NCBI GenBank assembly: GCA_030141605.1 | Contig: JAQGDQ010000103.1 | Span: 558,001 to 622,000, forward strand | DNA from: Tubiluchus corallicola | Taxonomy: Eukaryota; Animalia; Priapulida | Direction: 5' to 3' | Length of the DNA stretch: 64,000 nucleotides | Part shown: in pieces, positions 34,901-55,710 of the stretch | Numbering within the stretch: the stretch's first letter is position 1 | Layout of the letters: each line of letters begins with the position of its first letter | The notes under the pieces: model-generated | Told to the model about the DNA's origin: nothing | Seen by the model: only the letters and a program-made list of their open reading frames with translations | Databases searched by the model: none | Made by a program: the position numbers and the translations under genes

Positions 34901-36469
34901 AACACTAATATATAAAACTTTAGTTCTACCACACTTCTTATATGGATGTACGCTACTTCAAAAAACCAAAAGAGAAAATTACTTAAAATTAAATCTCCTT
35001 CAAAACTATGCGTTGAGATTGATAGCTGGGTACTCATACAAACACAAGGCAGGTAGACAAAAATTCAAAGCTTCAACAACTAACCTGAGAAAAACTTTAA
35101 AATTCCCAATCATTGAAGCACACAAAGAATATTTTACTCTGCTTTTTATATTTAAATACATTAACAACATCAGCAAACCATTCCAGAATAACAGATTTAC
35201 CTTTTTTCCAAATCCTATCGTTAATTCCAGAACAAGCAATCTAAAACAAATTAGGACAAATACCCACTATGGAACGAACTCTGTAATCAAACAAGCAATT
35301 TTACTTTGGAATTCTCTACCATTACAGGTTAAACAAATCAAGTCCCTATCAGCATTTAAAACAAAATTAAAATCACTAATATTAACCAGATATGAAATAC
35401 CATCACACCAGTACGACAACATACACACTAATTCCGAATTCATATACCCACGGCCATAATAATTAAATCATAGTTTTTTTTATATTTTTTTGTGTATAGT
35501 TGTAAATATGTTTGATTTTATTCGTCATTACTGCACAGTAGTTTAGATTGCACTGACGCATTTGCCTTCAGCAGTGTAAGTTTTTATTAACTAACACTGA
35601 TTGATTATCTCTATAAAGTTTTTATCAGTGATTATCAATGTTTTTAATGGCAAATAAAGATTATTATATATATATATATATATATATATACTAATTAAGA
35701 AAAACAAATGAAAATTAAGCTGAGAAACATACCTAAAAAACTTGATATAGCCTAGATCTTGGAAGCTATCAAAATTGTTCCTATTGACTTTGTGAGCATT
35801 TAGGTTAACCCCCTACTTGTGGTGTACTGTCAGAAACAGAGATAATTGAATGTAGCATGAAGTTAATAAGACTTAATGGGCATTCTGAGTTCTTTTACGG
35901 TTATGATCATGACAAGCATCAGAAGAGCACTGTCTTATTTTTAAGATTTGTGAATATTATACAAATTTAGAAAAACAGGAATGTCTTATTTACGCTTTTG
36001 CTTAATGCATTCTCATTTTAATTATACAATAAGACAAAAATGTCATCCATATTACAATTTACAATTAATCTGTTGGTCTTTATATGCATCTTAACACTTA
36101 TAGAATCATATTAAAACAAAATTACCTCATATGCACTAGTGATTACAAGACGGTGGTACACTGGCAAATAAACATACACAGCCACTGTGTTCGGAATAAA
36201 TCCAGAAAAAACAATGAGGCTGTATTCTGCTCCATATAAGTACATTTCAGCAGCTCCTCCAATAACTGCTATTACTGAGATGAAGCTTGCAAGCAGAGAA
36301 AAGCTGATAGGCATTATACCCATCTGTTTATTGCCAACAAAAAATTCTGCTTCGTTTTCTGCTTTCCACCAGTACATGCATAGAAAATGCTAATGCCGGC
36401 ACATGCTGCCAGAGACATCGCAGATACTAGGAAATCTATCCAAGAAAATGTCAGATCTTCTGAAGACAT
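31943..36469 (-). pseudogene. Sodium:solute symporter (SLC5A5/6/8/12-like; SMCT/SMVT/NIS group) pseudogene; exons 36469-36126 and 33281-31943
   Basis: Motifs EFFVGNKQMG.MP..SLLASFIS, TSAYE|YLEMRF, GGLKAVLWTD, NQSMIQRY, YWDCDPL, DQLVP, GLFVAACYSGALSTVSSGINSLSAVT, GGPLLG. Lesions: a 1-nt frameshift near 36352, TGA at 32919-32921, TGA at 32501-32503, and further frameshifts near 32880, 32470 and 32270-32350. Confidence 0.9.
33300..35691 (+). mobile_element. 5'-truncated CR1/L2-group LINE (RT ORF 33555-35459) with 9-bp TSD, inside the SLC5 intron
   Basis: NYRPIS, HQFGFR, FLDLSKAFD, GIPQGTLLGP, YADDT and WNSLP motifs; AATAAA plus (TA)n tail; TAATTAAGA at 33291-33299 and 35692-35700; frameshift in the A-run near 33517-33525; endonuclease domain absent. 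Confidence 0.95.
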
Positions 36470-37062
36470 GTCGTCTGCTATTTCAGCAAAATTAGCAGAA
36501 TTCTTTGAGTATGCTTTAGTCGTGGTACTGTTCACTTGTTCCTGTCCTTATGGCCTTTATAGCTAACCCTAACTGAAGGTGGGTGTTGCCTATCTAAAAG
36601 ACTTTTTTTCAAGAGCTAGACTTTATGTATACAGTGGCATTTTAAGGGATGCGAGGGCAGCAGCAATACTGGGTGATGCTTGAAGGATACCAAAAATGTG
36701 GAAATTTTTTTCCTTCCTTGACTAGTTTATATTTGTAGGCAATATTGATCGTAGTCAATTAGATTTATACATTATCTACTCTTATTATTTTGTGAAATAT
36801 GAACAGAATTTTAGGCGCCACTTTTGCATTTCAGGATTTGCTGATCGGTTTGTTTTGACTGAACGGTTTGCGACCATCATTCTATTATTTTTTCGCATGC
36901 CAGCTTGCAGCAAATTACATACACAAAGATTGTTTGCCAATCAGCCGTGTGAGTAGATTCTATGGCTGTGTTTTTGAACTTTAATTTGCTAAAGGTAATT
37001 TTTTAATTCATCTATCAATTGAAATTCAATAGTCAATTTAAATATATAATAGATGGAGTAAA

Positions 37063-37288
37063 CCCCTACCGGGCGCATCCCCTGGGTGGCGGATGGGGGA
37101 CCCCTGGCTCACGAGCCAGGGTGCTCCGAATATTCAAATAAGGAGCTGTGGACCAAATCCTGCAGGATAGACCTAGCAAGTCACTGAAGTATTTTTTGCT
37201 CAAGTAACTCATGGCGAACACAACTGGTTATCAAGTGTTCGCCGGCTGACAGATGAAAATCTACCAGGAGGATGGTGAGAAAGAAAGA
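37063..37288 (+). mobile_element. Candidate short RTE-derived non-autonomous retroposon (SINE) with TSDs
   Basis: GC-rich structured head, (GAAA)n tail, flanked by AATAGATGGAGTAAA (37048-37062) and AATAGATGAATAAA (37289-37302). Confidence 0.6.
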
Positions 37289-37857
37289 AATAGATGAATA
37301 AATAAATAATGGGTTTTATTAAAAAATTACACCATAGCAGCATGCATAGAATGCATGACGTGAATGAATGCAATAAGAACGGAGAAGGCAAAAAACAAGA
37401 TTAAGAAATAAGACATAAAATTATGAGAAACATTGCTTACAAAAAGTGAAAGAAAAGACATCACGAAGGGACTAAAGCAGTTTCAAAGCAACTGTGACAA
37501 TAAATCTTTTTTACTATATATAGTCGAAAACAGTTCGGCATTACTATTTATAGTTCTAATGTCAAAAGGCATTGCTGAACTTTTATAACGGACGTTCTGT
37601 TTGAATTTTAGGCTTGACTAATTTGTTAGAATTGCGTGTAGGACGATCGCTCACTGTAAGATCAGGAAGCAAATGCCGATGGTATCATAGTTAATCTATG
37701 TTATATAATTACAATATCAGGGCGTGCAACAACGTTATAATAACATAAATAACGGAGAGCTTGTAACAATGAAAAACTAACGAAATTGTTTTTTTGGGGT
37801 AGTAATTCTTTATTAAAAGCCATTCTCAAGAACACATACAACTCATTTACAACTCAG

Positions 37858-47740
<9,883 letters not shown>

Positions 47741-49384
47741 TGTGAGCAACCGAATTCCTGTCTTCTAAAATAAAACAGTGTCCTGTTGCTGCCTGTTGGT
47801 TCTTATGTGTAAGACTAGTCTGGGGTTATTTTCAGGTTATATGACAAAGTACACTAAGTGGCTGTGATGTTTGTTTAATAAAGATAAAGACTTGTTTCAG
47901 TGCTGCCATGGCAAAGCATAGTCTAAATTAGAAACCTCACCTAATTTGTAACGCAACAGCTTACTGATAATGGTGTCTTAACTTGCCAAATAATAATTTT
48001 AAGTCAACGTGAGTGTTAATCGCTAAAAAGCTGTGTATAAATGTTAAGTTCAATTCAGTATAATTAAGTACCAATTAAGGTGTCACTTAACTTTAAATAG
48101 AGCATAACGCACAACGATAATAGAAATCAAGTTCCAATTGCAAATTCAAGAGCTCATCTAATTTTATTGAAGCTAATACACCAGCATTGCCCAGCAAACA
48201 AGCTACTTTTATAAAAACCAATCAACCATGGCTTTAAAGCGAATTTCATAACCATTGTTGATAAACAATAATTATCATGTAATTATGTTATAGGACCACA
48301 AACAACTAATTATTATAATATATGACAGCAATCGTGAGTTCTATATATGCACACACACACACACACACACACGCACGCACGCACGCACGCACGCACGCGC
48401 GCCTATATATATATGTGTGTGTGTGTGTGTGCATATAGACTAAACTAAACTAGACAAGAGTAATTTTTTGAGCTTACTTTTTCAATTTGGGCTTTTAATT
48501 TTTAAATAATTAAACTTGTCGTAGTTGCCATTGTACTTACATTGATTTCCTACTGATCAGTATCTGAATAAATGTATGAGTGGAAGTTATTGTCAAGCTG
48601 AAATGTTCAACTTTTTTCTCGACAGTAAACCGTCAATAGTCATTTATAAGAAATACATGTAGCATCCATAGATTCCTGATTCATAGAAAGCCAAGGAAAA
48701 TTATTGAAGGAACACTGTTTTCGAGATTTAAGCACGTTATGACAGCACGTGCAGCAGAACCACAACAGTGCAAAAAATTTATGGACATTGGGCCTCTTTG
48801 ACTTTAAGATCCTAGATCATTTGTTGAAGCCTGTCTACCATATAGCTAAATCTGTGGTGAACAATCAAAAATGAGCAAATTTGTTTAAAGTGACAACATT
48901 GCAAACATTTCTGCACCTGCAAGTCTGATGTTTTATCTGTTTCTAAATGAAAAAACACATTGCGTCGGCTACACTATTTTTATTATTAATTCCACAATCT
49001 TAGGATAAACGTAAATCACCTAATAAATTTAAACAATTTATATACTGGGTCAGATTCTTTTCAAAAAGAAGATAATTCGGTCAAAATTTTAAGCAACCCA
49101 AATTTCAAAATGTTCTTATCAATGCATAACAGAAGTCGATGCACACATTATTCCTCATCCTCACAACTCTTGCGAGAATACCTGTAATGCGCACGAGCAT
49201 CGCTGGGTCGAACTGGAATTACCTACAACAGAAAACACCAAAGACGAATCAGATACGTAATACTTTTTTTGAATGATCATTTACTGACAGACGCAATTAA
49301 AAGCGTAACAACACTCGCTCCCCTGTAACTTGTACAGCCTACTGTCCTTTGCCTTTGTTCACCATGCTAGGAGCATTGGAGCGA

Positions 49385-49846
49385 AGAACAAATTTAAATC
49401 GCTGGTGAGGTCGTTGTTACTGTACGGAGATGAGACGTGGAAAATGTCGAAGACGATGAGATCGGAAAAGAAACTCGACGCATTCCAGTTCAAGTGTTTC
49501 AGAAAGATACTAAGGATTAGATGGCAGGAGCGGGTAACCAGCAGGAGGTGGCAAACAGGTCACAAATGAATGCTGTCAGTGGTGAACTTAGGAGGAGGAG
49601 ATGGAATTGGATCGGGCGTGTCCTTGTAAGGAAGGAGTGAATGGCTATGGCACAGCGATGGAATAGACACCGGAAGGAAAAAGAGCGAGTGGAGACAGAG
49701 AACAACATGGAGAAGGACAGTGGAAGCAGAGAGGAGTTACACAGGATGGAGAAGCTGGAGCGGGATGCAGCAGAGGACAGAAGGGTTTGGAGTGGCACGA
49801 TCTTATGCGTCTTCTGGCTCGGTGAGAACTAAGTGTTAAGTAAGTG
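49385..49846 (+). mobile_element. RTE-clade LINE 3' fragment
   Basis: FKSLVRSLLLYGDETW...KLDAFQFKCFRKILRIRW, ELRRRRWNWIG, TWRRTVE, AAEDRRVW, then a (TAAG)n-like tail. Confidence 0.85.
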
Positions 49847-50826
49847 TGGAACAACGGATCACTGCGTAGTCTTTTGTGCTTATATATCTCCTGAACGACA
49901 TAAATTACAGTATTGTTAAAATTATGTGACCACAGTTGCTATACAACGGCAGTTTAATACAAAATAATTTCAACTGGGACTTATAATTATACATTTACAC
50001 TGCACAAAGAAAATGACTAAGCAATTCGGTATAATTTTCAAAGAACAGAAAATAAAAATACACAGTATTTACAAAATATTTATAAAAGCAATAATACACA
50101 GAAATTTTTACACAATAATAAAAGGAAACATACAAGTATTTACTTAATAATAGTTATTTAGATCAAAGTTATTATATATCACCCAGCTATCTTTCTTTTC
50201 CTAAGACAGCCATAGAAATATTTCTTCGAGGGAGATCACTAAATTTGAGATATCAGTTTCCACACCTTTCATCAAAAAATTTAAATCTTTAAATTTTTCA
50301 TAATTTATAAAGATTGTAAAATCTGGAAAGAAATGTTTTAAACTCCTTCAAAATACTGGACTGAACTCGACTCAGGGGATCAAACTCCAAGATGGCATTG
50401 CGGTCTTGATATTGCGCATCAGGAAGATCCATTTTTGTATCGTTGTGTAATTGATTGCTTAACTGCAAATGTTACTTTTATTTATAAATGTTATGCTTAT
50501 TAATTAAGCTAATGTCTCCGAACTAATAGCATATACCTGTTACAGCATGTCATTTAACTCACACAAAATAAAACACAAAAATTACTCTTATTAACAGCAC
50601 TTATAAAAATAATAAAAAATAACAAAAAATAACTAACTAAGTAACAGCACTACGCTCGAGGAGCACGTCTGTCAGAAATCAAGGCTATAGTGGCCTCTAC
50701 ACGCGTTTATGGTGGCATTCCAGGTCAGCTGGCTACTCACACCGCGTGTAGGCCCATACAACAAGTCTAGATCTACAAGAAAGGGGTGAGTCGTTGCTGA
50801 CATGGAAGCAGGGCGTGTAGAGGGCC

Positions 50827-53800
50827 CTACACCTGATCCGACACAGATACCTCTGTAACAATACTTTTGTCGGCGGAGATTGATGTTGACAACTTCTCAC
50901 CTCTCACTGCAGCAATTATGCCTAGTTTTATGCTACTATGAAAGTGAACCTACAGAAAGATTCCAAGCTTAATTTATCTTATTCATCAATTTAAGACACA
51001 AATTGCTACACACTAACTGTCAAATAACTTCAAAGTAAGACATACTTCTCCACGAAGGTGGCCTCCAGCATTAGACCATTTGAAAATGTCTCCATCATTG
51101 TGATTACACGTTCTGCAATGTTTCATAACTTCCTCTGGTGTGAAGGCACGTGAGTACATGTTGGCATCAGTTCCGCATCCTCGAAAATTTTCATTTTTGG
51201 TACCGTCAAATACACCACCAATGGAGCCAAATATTTCGTCATTTTGGACAGCTGATAAGTTAAGTGACCTTTGTCCAGCTATCGAACTTGTAATGTTAAA
51301 CCCACCATACTAGAAGATAAATTGTAGCGTGATAGGGGCATTAACTTTAACAGCAATAATGTTAAAACAAAAAATAGTTTAATCACAGCAACTATGACAT
51401 CTTACTTATTTAGGTTGAATGCAAGAAACTCGGGTTGTCAAGAACTTCTTCGATCTTCGAGGAAAGAAGAAAGCAGTACTACTGCAGCAAAAATCTGCAT
51501 GCATGTAAAGATTGCTAACATAGTCATTTATGAATATCAGGAACAGACCCGGTCCCAAGACCACGCCATCGGGGACTCCACTCGCTACCCTAGCCCAGGC
51601 AGATGATGTGCCATTCAGAGCTACTCGCTGCCGTTTGTTAAGAAACAGTCACTGAAGCGTGTTAATATCAATACCAGATGAGACAGCTTATAGATTAACT
51701 TAATATGAGAGTCCGAGTCCTATTGCTGTGGCATAGTCAAGATACGTAAGTAAAAACGAATTCGAACACATATTGCAAACTGTAAAAGTTGTATTACAGT
51801 TAAGCGCCTAGGGAGAAAACTGTGATAATTAGGTGATATGATATGATTGGTCAAAGGATAATGCTGCCTCGGAATCCGCTCAAAAAATGTTACAGACGAA
51901 CGCAGTATTTTCAGTGAGGACTTCAAATCTTTGCATGTATATGTCGGGTTAATGTGTGTTCCGGCGATTCCGGGACAATGATCCCCAAGTCATAATATTT
52001 TTGAAAGACAATGGTTAATGGAGTAATGACTCGGCAAGGTCCCGTGCTCATTGCTGCAAAAATTAGGATGATAGTCGTCTGAACCAGGCAATTCTTAATC
52101 ATGTTTACATGATATTAACATTATGTAAACATAACGGAGGAGCAGTTGTCTCAGAAATTTATAACTAAACATACAGTGATTAAATGACCTTTGTGTATTA
52201 TTGAATTGTGGATACGCAACACCATTCTCCAATTTTTAAACTGTAAAATTATTATTGTTTTAACTTTTTCAACTGGTAATGTATGTTAAGACTGCACAAA
52301 AAATGTGAAATTTGCGTTACCGTATATTATGCACCGCCATCGTATATTTTGCTAGGCAAAGACATTACACGACAACGACATTGTCACTGTCTATTGACAA
52401 CTAAAGTACTGACTATAAAGTATAAACTGTATTTACCTCATAACAATAGTCAATATAAGTTTTAGATAGTCCAGTTGACGCACTGTAAGTAGTGCAGCCA
52501 TGATGCCAGCGTCCATCACACAAGCCTTCTTCTTTATCAATATCAGATGGCAAACTAGAGACAAGTAGAATTATAAATTCTGTGAAACTCAACTGCAACA
52601 ATTTTTTTTATTTTGATCAAATGTCTGTAGCCATATACATCATAAATAAATACCCGTTAATGCTGTCAAGAATTAATTTTCCACATGGTACATAAGCTTG
52701 TACACCAGGAAGGGCTGAGAAATAAAAACTAGTCATGGCGTCATCCAATAAACCATCTACTCCAGGTTTTGCTGTAGACTTAAAACACCTGCATAAAAGA
52801 AAAATTACTGTGCTCAGTAAATCCAATGGGCTTAGATTAAAAAGTGACTTACAACACGTATTTGTTAAACACAAAAATGTTGTTGGCTACTTGTGAACAA
52901 GTCTTAGACGCTTGAGCAAGGATAGGATCATTAATTGTTATAAGTTTGTAGGCGTAATCAACCAAATTGACCCACAACGGGCTATAGAGATAATAATATG
53001 ACCGAAGAGTTGTGGATTTGTTTCGAGTCTACTCTAAAAACCTTATGACATTTTAAAGCGTTAGGGTTCGAATGCCTCAGCTTAGAGAAACAATTCGCTT
53101 GAGATGAACGTTCTTGTCTTTGGGAACAAGGCAATAGATTGGTCACTAGTTACACTCGACTTTTCCACAATGACGCAAATGCGAAACAAGATGAAACCAA
53201 GCCTGGGCACAGCGCGTTTACAAAAGCCAAGCATCAGCCATTTGGTCATGGTTTACAATAGTATCAAACTACAAAATCTATAAAGACATTACCGCCCTTA
53301 GCCTGGTAGTTCAGTCCAGCCCATCTCTATTGTCGATTTATGTTATTTATATATATGAAGCGCAACAAACAATTACTTGTGTTGTATTGGTAATACTATT
53401 ACCTATTTGCATAGCGCTTATATCTAAACAAGCGTCGCAACTTCGTATGGCGCAGCTCCTTTAATTAGGTAATTGTGCTTGTTTGTTATATACATTCTTC
53501 AGTCAGAAACTGATAGGAAAATCTCGGCACAGCAGGAGTAATTTTTAATCTGTATTCTGTAGGGTAAATTTTTGTAATGTATGTTAGCAAAAATAGTATT
53601 GTCAATGGTAATCGCATGCAGGAACACGACGTCACTATAAGAACTTGAAATATAAATGGTGTATTTTATAGAATAGGGAATGACACTGTTTCAAAATTTG
53701 GTTATGAGAAACGGTCATAAGCAACGCAAAAGAACTGAAATCACGAGGCGCTGAATTCAGACGCAAAAAGATATTCATCCTTAGAAGAGAGTGTAAGCGT

Positions 53801-55003
53801 TTGTTTGATGCTGAGGAAGCAGAGAAAGCTAATCCAGATAACGCGGGGTGTGACATAGTCTTTGATAAGCGAGCCAGAAAGCTTATGAGAAACTGGATCG
53901 TCATTGATACATGGAACCTTCTTTTTCCAGTAAAGCGGCATAACATATTAAAGATTATGTCGTGGAAAGTAAATGGAGTCAGAAACAAACTCGAAAATGA
54001 GCATTTAAGTTTACTCTCGTGTAAAGCGCATATTATTTTTCTTAATGAAACAAAAACTGTTTTACTTTTCACTATACCAGACTATGTGACTTATCAAAAC
54101 TTGAATGAAGATAATAATGAATTTATTTAGCAATAATGGATAAAATATCTATTGTCATCTTTAATTACGCTTCTCATTTTTGTTTTCTTTCTCTCCTGGC
54201 TACCTTACTGAAGGCTTGGGTGTAATAAATTAAAACACATTAGTTTATCTGTGAGATTGCGTCATTAAGATGACATCTCCCTATGCTGAGCGGACACATT
54301 TAGTTGCTAGGACACACTTTAGTTAGCTGAAAGTCACACTGCCAAAAATTGAAACTACATATCAGCGCAGGAAAGGCAATTAACTTTAATTAAGTTTAAA
54401 TGTAACATAAAACCTCACTTGTATCAAAACAGGATAGACAATAACATCACTAGATAAAGTAATACAGTCTCCTCTTTTTAGTTATAGAGGACAATACCAT
54501 CTCTTCAACACCCTTTACTAGGTTTTCAATGGTAGAATTATATTTTGTGAATCTTAAGTTGCACATCGACAAGATGTATGCCGCAGAATTTTTTAAATGG
54601 CTCTACACATTATTCAGCTGTAAGAGTTGAATGCTGTAACTGCACTGCAAATGTTGAATGCTGCTCAGAATCTATATCTAGTTCCTATTTTAGTGTCTGA
54701 AATAACACACTCATTTTAAGAGCTTGCAATTTATCAAACTATGTAAAAAGCGCACAAGTTTCAGAACGACATGTCAAATCTGATGATTCATACCCGCATA
54801 CAGTGAACTTATCAAATACTTTGCGTTTTCCGGCTTTCAAGATGGAGCCTGTAAGTTCAGCATAAGTATTATTTCTGCCGCTCATGCAAAGGTCATAGTT
54901 TGATTTTCCTAAAAGAAAATGTGAATAAACAATAAAAACAGGAAACAGGCTAACTAAACATGTGCTTACGGCACCAAGCTGGCAAAACCTCGGTTGAAAA
55001 CAT
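50827..55003 (-). CDS. Divergent pentraxin-domain protein, about 262 aa; exons 55003-54970, 54908-54794, 52788-52654, 52554-52437, 51309-51046, 50949-50827
   Basis: GT-AG junctions in phases 1, 2, 2, 0, 0 give an open frame: ...YAEL...FDKFTVCGCFKST...GKLILDSING...LCDGRWHHGCTTYSASTGLSKTYID...FRGCGTDANMYSRAFTPEEV..CRTC...GDIFKW...LRGE|VHF. It contains the pentraxin FTVC and HxCxT(W/Y) motifs. The start codon is uncertain because an in-frame TAA lies 5 codons upstream of ATG 55003. Confidence 0.8.
51395..52070 (-). mobile_element. Decayed CR1-type LINE RT fragment in a pentraxin intron
   Basis: The - strand gives PLTIVFQK, IISPNYHSFLPRRLTVIQLL, YLDYA and QRVALNG.SSAW..V.SGVP.G.VLGP.LFLIFI, with stops and frameshifts. 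Confidence 0.75.
53760..54130 (+). mobile_element. Non-LTR retrotransposon ORF1/ORF2 junction fragment
   Basis: LKIMSWKVNGVRNKL...IIFLNETK is an APE endonuclease N-terminus (SWNVNG; E motif), preceded by an ORF1-like tail. Confidence 0.65.
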
Positions 55004-55379
55004 ACTTTGAATACATTATTTTAAATACCATAAAAGCCAAAGTTCAAAATATAAGGTAGAGGGCTACAGAAGAATGAGACTCCTTAGGTTTCATATCATT
55101 TCATGGCACCATAATATGGGCTTCACCTTTTATGACCATGTTTCACCCATTGCCATGATAAGCTGGCAATACTATAATTTGAGCATGGGGGGGGGAAGTT
55201 GACAGTGTTTAAAAAGGGTACATAAACGTAATGAAATATTAATTTAGCTTACGAAGTATAGTAATATGATTTAAGACACTTTGTGAATTTATATCTGTGA
55301 GTTTGAGGGAGTGTTGTTAAGATATTGGACTGCTCTCCACTTTTAGTGGAGGCAGAACGGATGGCACCGCGGCCTACAC

Positions 55380-55710
55380 TGTGCGGCATGACTCCAAGAC
55401 AAAAACGAAAATGAATAAAATAAAAATGACGATTTATTATCAGAAAAAGAAAAGTTTCGAATGGCTTACCGAATGGAGACGTGCGAACAGAGCTGGGATG
55501 AGATGAAGCAACCACTGACCACTGACAAGGATCTACAGCAGACCTACCCTTTTTATAAGCTCAGGTGTGCACGTGACTAGTGGCTCCCACTAACACAAGG
55601 TCAGAATAAGCGTCTATGTGCTAGTTAAAGCCACGTTCACACGCACACCTGAGAAGTCTGCTGTATTCTCCTGCCAGTATTACACTATCTCATCACAGCC
55701 CTGCAGTACA
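55380..55710 (-). mobile_element. 3' LTR (331 bp) of the Gypsy element
   Basis: The - strand begins TGTACTGCA directly after the PPT GGAGGAAGGGGGACAG (55726-55711) and ends TGCCGCACA; TATAAAAA at 55557-55550 and AATAAA at 55438-55433. Confidence 0.75.
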
